Shown here in pieces: positions 55,841 through 64,000 of a DNA stretch of 64,000 nucleotides (its first letter is position 1; each line of letters begins with the position of its first letter). This DNA comes from Eledone cirrhosa. Taxonomy: Eukaryota. The stretch spans positions 13,750-77,749 of the forward strand of contig CAXHJY010000719.1 in the NCBI GenBank assembly GCA_964016885.1, in the 5' to 3' direction. A program made the position numbers and the translations under genes. The notes beneath the pieces were generated by a model. The model saw nothing but the letters and a program-made list of their open reading frames with translations. It searched no databases and was not told where the DNA came from.

Positions 55841-56248
55841 AGATGACCCCTTAGCCTTTGTCAAGGCAGAATTCTAGGAGAAGGAAAAACTCTGATATAA
55901 CACCTGCAACCCTGATGGTATCCAATGATGTTGACTTGTTCTTCTTTTTGGTAAATATCATCTTGGTTAAGAGAGTGGGACTGGCTTTGTGCAGTGCCTT
56001 TGCTCACTATAAAAGTTTCACGGCACAGGCATTGCTTTATATCTGGAGATCTCTCTGCACTTGTCGTCACATGGTACCATGGGCCTAGCACTGTGTGTCA
56101 ATAATTGTCACAGGTGTAGTGTTTGTACCAGAGTTTTTCAAGTCGCTGGCTGGACTAAAAAGTCACACTCGTTCAGCGCTTCGGTAGGGGTTCTCCTACA
56201 TGGATATAAAGTAGTGGCCGTACTCGAAAACGAGTTGGCAGCCAGCCA
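55841..56248 (+). mobile_element. Repeat X copy
   Basis: Reverse complement of 24992-25395. Confidence 0.85.
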
Positions 56249-56252
56249 TATA

Positions 56253-56425
<173 letters not shown>

Positions 56426-56426
56426 G

Positions 56427-56457
<31 letters not shown>

Positions 56458-56458
56458 G

Positions 56459-56489
<31 letters not shown>

Positions 56490-56575
56490 GTATATATATA
56501 TGTATATATATATGTATATATATATGTATATATATATGTATATATATATATGTATATATATATGTATATATTATG

Positions 56576-56606
<31 letters not shown>

Positions 56607-56780
56607 GTACATATATATGTATATATATATGTATATATATTGTATATATATATGTATATATATATGTATATATATATGTATATATATATGTATATATATA
56701 TGTATATATATATATGTATATATATATGTATATATATATGTATATATATATATGTATATATATATGTATATATATATGTA

Positions 56781-56823
<43 letters not shown>

Positions 56824-56824
56824 A

Positions 56825-56858
<34 letters not shown>

Positions 56859-56944
56859 TATATATGTATATATATATATGTATATATATATGTATATATA
56901 TATGTATATATATATATGTATATATATATGTATATATATATGTA

Positions 56945-56985
<41 letters not shown>

Positions 56986-57078
56986 ATATATATATATAAT
57001 TGTGTATATATGTGTATATATATATATATATGTGTATATATATATGTGTATATATGTATATATATATATATATATGTG

Positions 57079-57109
<31 letters not shown>

Positions 57110-57382
57110 GTATGTATATATATATATGTATGTATGTATATATATATATATATATGTATGTATATATATATATATATGTAAGTATATATATATATGTATG
57201 TATATATATATATGTATGTATGTATATATATATATATATATATGTATATGTATATATATATGTATATATATATATATATGTATATAAATGTGTATATATA
57301 TATATATATGTATATATATATGTATATATATATATGTATATATATATATATGTATATGTATATATATATGTATATATATATG

Positions 57383-57417
<35 letters not shown>

Positions 57418-57448
57418 GTATATGTATATATATATGTATATATATATG

Positions 57449-57483
<35 letters not shown>

Positions 57484-57560
57484 GTATATGTATATATATA
57501 TGTATATATATATATATGTATATAAATATGTATATATATATATATATGTATATATATATG

Positions 57561-57593
<33 letters not shown>

Positions 57594-57610
57594 GTATAAA
57601 TATATATATG

Positions 57611-57641
<31 letters not shown>

Positions 57642-57669
57642 GTATATATATATGTATATTATATATATG

Positions 57670-57700
<31 letters not shown>

Positions 57701-57709
57701 GTATATATG

Positions 57710-57790
<81 letters not shown>

Positions 57791-57845
57791 TATATTATAT
57801 GTATATATATATATATATGTGTATATATATATATTTATATATATG

Positions 57846-57881
<36 letters not shown>

Positions 57882-58114
57882 TATATATATGTATATATAT
57901 ATATATTATATATATATGTATAATATATATTTATATATATGTATATATATATATATTTATATATATGTATATATATATATATTTCTATATATGTAATATA
58001 TATATATTTCTATATATGTATATATATATATATTTCTATATATGTATATATATATATATTTCTATATATGTATATATATATATATTTCTATATAGTATAT
58101 ATATATATATGTAT

Positions 58115-58170
<56 letters not shown>

Positions 58171-58203
58171 TATATATATTATGTATATATATATATAGAT
58201 ATG

Positions 58204-58234
<31 letters not shown>

Positions 58235-58249
58235 GTATATATATATATG

Positions 58250-58318
<69 letters not shown>

Positions 58319-58335
58319 GTATATGTATATATATG

Positions 58336-58366
<31 letters not shown>

Positions 58367-58409
58367 GTATATGTATATATGTATATATATATATGTATAT
58401 ATATATATG

Positions 58410-58464
<55 letters not shown>

Positions 58465-58492
58465 GTATATATATATGTATATATATATGTAT

Positions 58493-58524
<32 letters not shown>

Positions 58525-58566
58525 GCTATATATATATGTATATATATGTATATATATATGTATATA

Positions 58567-58623
<57 letters not shown>

Positions 58624-58667
58624 GTATATATATATGTATATATATATGTATATATAATATGTATATA

Positions 58668-58718
<51 letters not shown>

Positions 58719-58808
58719 GTATATATATGTGTATATATATATGTATATATATATGTATATATGTATATATATATGTATATATATATGTATATATATATGT
58801 ATATATAT

Positions 58809-59214
58809 AGATGACCCCTTAGCCTTTGTCAAGGCAGAATTCTAGGAGAAGGAAAACTCTGATATAACACCTGCAACCCTGATGGTATCCAATGATGTTG
58901 ACTTGTTCTTCTTTTTGGTAAATATCATCTTGGTTAAGAGAGTGGGACTGGCTTTGTGCAGTGCCTTTGCTCACTATAAAAGTTTCACGGCACAGGCATT
59001 GCTTTATATCTGGAGATCTCTCTGCACTTGTCGTCACATGGTACCATGGGCCTAGCACTGTGTGTCAATAATTGTCACAGGTGTAGTGTTTGTACCAGAG
59101 TTTTCAAGTCGCTGGGCTGGACTAAAAAGTCACACTCGTTCAGCGCTTCGGTAGGGGTTCTCCTACATGGATATAAAGTAGTGGCCGTACTCGAAAACGA
59201 GTTGGCAGCCACCA
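58809..59214 (+). mobile_element. Repeat X copy (tandem duplicate)
   Basis: Near-identical to 55841-56248 with the same ends. Confidence 0.85.
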
Positions 59215-59224
59215 TATATATATG

Positions 59225-59335
<111 letters not shown>

Positions 59336-59337
59336 GT

Positions 59338-59416
<79 letters not shown>

Positions 59417-59417
59417 G

Positions 59418-59448
<31 letters not shown>

Positions 59449-59636
59449 GTATTATATATATGTATATATATATGTATATATATATGTATATATATATGTA
59501 TATATATATGTATATATATATGTATATATATATGTATATATATATGTATATATATATGTATATATATATATGTATATATATATGTATATATATATGTATA
59601 TATATATATGTATATATATATGTATATATATATGTA

Positions 59637-59692
<56 letters not shown>

Positions 59693-59751
59693 TATATGTG
59701 TATATATGTATATATATATTATATGTATATATATATGTATATATATATGTA

Positions 59752-59792
<41 letters not shown>

Positions 59793-60014
59793 ATATATAT
59801 ATATATATATGTGTATATATGTGTATATATATATATATGTGTATATATATATGTGTATATATGTATATATATATAATATATGTGTATATATATATATATG
59901 TATATATATGTATATATATATGTATATATATATGTATATATATATATATACTGTATATGTATATATATATGTATATATATGTATATATAGTATATATATA
60001 TGTATATGTATATA

Positions 60015-60047
<33 letters not shown>

Positions 60048-60048
60048 T

Positions 60049-60086
<38 letters not shown>

Positions 60087-60135
60087 GTATATGTATATGT
60101 ATATATATATGTATATATATATGTATATATATATG

Positions 60136-60166
<31 letters not shown>

Positions 60167-60182
60167 GTATATATATATATAT

Positions 60183-60555
60183 ATCATCATCATCATCACC
60201 ATTTACGTCCGTTTCTTCCACGCTAGCATGGGTTAGACGGGTTGTCCTGTTGTGTGCAGTGTCTGTTCGGCTGACCATGCCTTGCTCATACAGTAACTGA
60301 TCTGGCTTGATTTCTACAGCTGGATGCCCTTCCTAACACCAACCTCATTTACAGTGAGTGCTGGGTGCTTTTTTCGTGGCGCCTACACGTCCACTTTACA
60401 GTATGGGCTTGGTGCTTTTTTGACGTGGCACCTCCACAACCACCTTGCGGTGGGGGGGAGTGGGGGCATATTGTTTATATGCTTCAGCATGTACCCATGG
60501 GAGGTTGGGTACCCTGTATTACTGCGTGACGCCAGAAGTCACGGTCGTGTGTCAT
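60183..60555 (-). mobile_element. RTE family B 3' fragment
   Basis: Same truncation point as 52700-53076. Confidence 0.92.
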
Positions 60556-60588
60556 ATATACATATGTATATATATATATATACATATG

Positions 60589-60617
<29 letters not shown>

Positions 60618-60619
<2 letters not shown>

Positions 60620-63600
60620 CATCATCATCATCATCATCAACGTTTAACGTCCGTGTTCCACGCTTGCATGGGTTTGGACGGGGGTAGTCCCACTTGAGGC
60701 AAGAGTGATTGTCTTGCTCGCATAGGACTGTCTGGCAGGTTTTCTACAGTTGGATGCCCTTCCTAACACCAACCACATTTACAGTGTGGGTCTGGGAGGT
60801 TTTTACCGTGTTGCCTACACGGCCACATTACAGCGTGGACTGTGTGTTTTTTTGTCGTGACACCTACACGATCTCATTTGTTTCGGCCTCGAAGGCGCGG
60901 CACCAACATAACTTTACATAGAACGGGGTGGTGTGGATCGGGTGGGGGTGGGGGTGGTGGGACGGGGTGTATTTTGTTAGAGATGCCTACTGGCTGGAGT
61001 AGGTTTTTACTATATATTTAGGTAAGGTGGGTCTTCTCTGTTACTGAGTACCGCCAAAGGTCTCGGTCCAGTGACATTGTCTTGGAGAGGTGTAAAGTGT
61101 GTGATGTCGGAGTTTATCAGCTCGTCCCAGGTTTTTTCTAGGTCTGCCTATTCCGTGACTACCGTCTATCTTTATTGCCCTGCACTTTGTTATACAGCTA
61201 TCGACTTTCATGCGCATCACGTGTCCATACCAACGTAGCCTTCTCTCGAGTAAACAACATCTGATCCCTCTTATCTCTAATTTTTTCCTTAGTTCGTTTA
61301 TGCTTTGCCGTTCACGTATATTACTGTTACACATCCAGCGGAGCATGCAAGCTTCGTTCCTCTCTAGTCTGCGTATATCCTCTGCACACAATGCCCAGGT
61401 CTCACTGCCATGCAGCATTGCTGTTCGTATGCAGGCATCGTACAACCTGCCTTTCATTTTTAGTGAGAACCCTTTAGCAGCTAATAGTGGTATAAGCTTC
61501 TCTGAACTTTTTCCAACCAGTTCTGACTCTAGCTACAGTACTTTCAGAGCACCCTCCCCCACTGCTGATTTTATCGCCCAGGTAACGGAAGCTGTCCACT
61601 ATTTCTATAGAACCCTCTGCGCAATTGAAAGAGCTAGTAGTTTGTGGGCACTTGCTGCTACTTATTGCACCAGAGCACCGGCCACATGTAAAATCTATGT
61701 TCTTAGTTAGCTTACCTGTGATCCCACTACATCTTTTATGCACCCATACTTTGCATTTAGGACATAAAATGGAGTTTCTACCTACGCCTTTCCTACACAC
61801 CGAGCACGACCATTTTCCAGAAGGGACCGCCGCCTTGTTTTCTTTCCTACAAACTAGCACTTTGGTCTTAGCCAGGTTAATTTTAAGTCCTTTTGACTCT
61901 AGGGCCGTGCTTCCATGTTTGGAATTTCTTCTCTAGCTCGGCCATTGATTCCGCTATGAGTGTCAGGTCGTCTGCGTATAGGAGTTCCCATGGGCAGCCT
62001 GTCTTGAACTCCTCTGTTATAGCCTGAAGGGCAATAATAAATAGTAGTGGACTGAGAACAGAGCCCTGATGGACGCCAACTTTTACGCTAAACTCTTCAC
62101 TATATTCGTTGTTAATTCTAACCTTGCTGACTGTTTCTTTATACATGGCTTGTATAGCCCTCACAAGCCATTCGTCAACGCCTAGTTTTCTAAGAGCCCA
62201 CCAGATAATGGAGCGGGGGGACTCTGTCGAAGGCTTTCTCCAAGTCGACAAAAGCTAAGTAGAGGGGTTTACCTTTAGCTAGGTACTTCTCCTGTAGTTG
62301 TCGTACTATGAAAAGAGTGTCTGTGGTACTTTTGCCTGACACAAACCCGAACTGCATTTCATCTAGGTCAATTCTCTCTCTGATTAGTTGCGCTATTACT
62401 CTTTCCGTGACCTTCATGACCTGGTCGATTAATTTAATGCCTCTATAGTTACTCCTATCTAGGGCGTCTCCTTTACCCTTATAACAGTTAACGATGATGC
62501 TGCTATGCCAGTCCTTCGGAACAACCCCATTCTGTACGACTTGGTTAACTATGCGGGTGACCATGGTGTGTCCCACCGTGCCAGATGCCTTCAGCATCTC
62601 AGCAACTATTTCCGAAGGCCCAGCCGCCTTACCAGTCTTCATATCCTTGATTGCCTTACTTATTATACTCCCCTCGACTAACACTGCTGGTCCCTCTATT
62701 GGGTCGATATGGGGGAGACTGCCTTTCTCCCAATTATTCTCCTCATTTAGAAGCCTTTCATAGTGACACTTCCAAGCTACCTTCTTATCAGCGTCGGTGA
62801 TGGCAAGTGTGCCATCGTCGTTTAGTACACACTTCTCCCCGACAATATCACGGTTTTCCTTGACGCATTGCCTAGCAATCCTGAACACCTCACGTTTTTG
62901 GTCATCGCGTTGTAGAACATGCTTGAACTTTCTTTCCTCAGCTTCCCTTCTTGCTAAGTACACTTGTCTCCTAGCTTCCCTCCTGGCCACTTGATAGTCC
63001 TCTCTACTTCCCCCATCCCGCCATACTTTCCAAGCCTGCTTTTTGGCCTTAATTGACCCCTCCACCTTACTGTTCCACCACCATGTTACTCTCCTCCTGC
63101 CTACAGGCCTGCTCCAGCCACAGACTTCGTCTGTCGCCAACAGCAGGTTTGCTTTCAGAAATTCCCACTCTCCCTCTATATTGTCCGACTCTAAATGTTC
63201 TTCCTTACTGTCGAAAGCATCAAGTAATATGCTTTGAAATTTATTCCTGGCTGTGGGGTCCTTTAGCTTCCATATTTTCCTCCTGAGGATAGTCCTCTTC
63301 TGTTGTCGAGTACGTCTCGTCCTGACTATGAGGGTCGCTAATTAATCAGTCTATGTTGGGAGGTGCATTCTTCATGGGGGAGGGGATTTAGTGTTAACAA
63401 CAGACACTCTGTCACGTCTTCTGGTAAGGATATAATCTACCTGGCTTGTGTGTTCCCCGGATCTATAGGTGATCAGGTGATTGTCACGTTTTTTGAAGTT
63501 AGTGTTACAGATAGTTAGGTTATTTGCATCACAGAATTCCAGGATTCTGGAGCCTTCCTCATTTCTAGTACCCAAACCCATAGCCTCCATGGATTTCGTC

Positions 63601-64000
63601 GTAATGTTGTCCAACGTGACCATTTAGGTCGCCTGCAATAATTATAGTCCTGTAGTCACTGTCGGATATTTGGGAGATAGTTAGTCATAGAATCTGTCTT
63701 TTATAGGTGCGTAGCCGATATTACTGTCACCGTAGTTCTATTGAGGACAAGTCGTGTTTTAATTATTCTGTCGTTCACTCTATTTACGTCTATTATCTTA
63801 TCTGCCCACTTTTTTGCTACCATGATTCGTACTCCACCCAGCCCATCGTCGTTTCCCACCCAGAAAAGCTTATAACATCGTTTTTTACCCTCAATGAATC
63901 TAGCAGACCCACCCCTCCACCTGGTCTCTTGAATACAACAAACATCGACCTCCTTACGTTCAAGCATTTCTACAACCTCGTTAGCGCGACCCTTTAGGGT
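60618..64000 (-). mobile_element. RTE LINE family A, near full length, many single-base frameshifts
   Basis: APE (IQETRW) at the window end, RT motifs, (GAT)n tail. Closest to the copy at 21407. Confidence 0.95.

Noticed and set aside
60924-60968. G-quadruplex-like G-run
   Set aside because: It is the complement of the C-rich RTE-A 3'UTR present in sister copies, with no independent evidence of function
60618-64000. Programmed frameshifting in the last RTE copy
   Set aside because: The indels are mostly homopolymer extensions absent from sister copies, so likely sequencing error or decay

Overview
AT-rich metazoan genomic DNA. The repeat landscape suggests a cephalopod such as Octopus (inference only). 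The only host gene piece visible is the first coding exon of a TMEM184C-like gene (3141-3391, +). No second exon is recognisable, so the remaining ~60 kb is probably one giant intron filled with transposons. These include three RTE LINE families, a CORE-type tRNA SINE and a second SINE, several Penelope-like element (PLE) families, a degenerate Gypsy element nested in a Helitron, CR1-, CRE- and Ingi/Vingi-like remnants, and kilobase-scale imperfect (TA)n arrays. The main unannotated signal is 12 hammerhead-ribozyme (HHR) motifs read directly from the sequence. Most sit as outward-pointing pairs in palindromic PLE-derived cassettes inside (TA)n, and one has a compensatory U3:A8 core. Other oddities: a Gypsy insertion bounded by two inverted LTR 5' ends yet with a clean 4-bp TSD, a PHD-like finger inside the RTE RT domain, a SINE with a chimeric two-LINE tail, and histone-type stem-loops in a foldback just upstream of the gene. 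All folds and alignments were done by eye.
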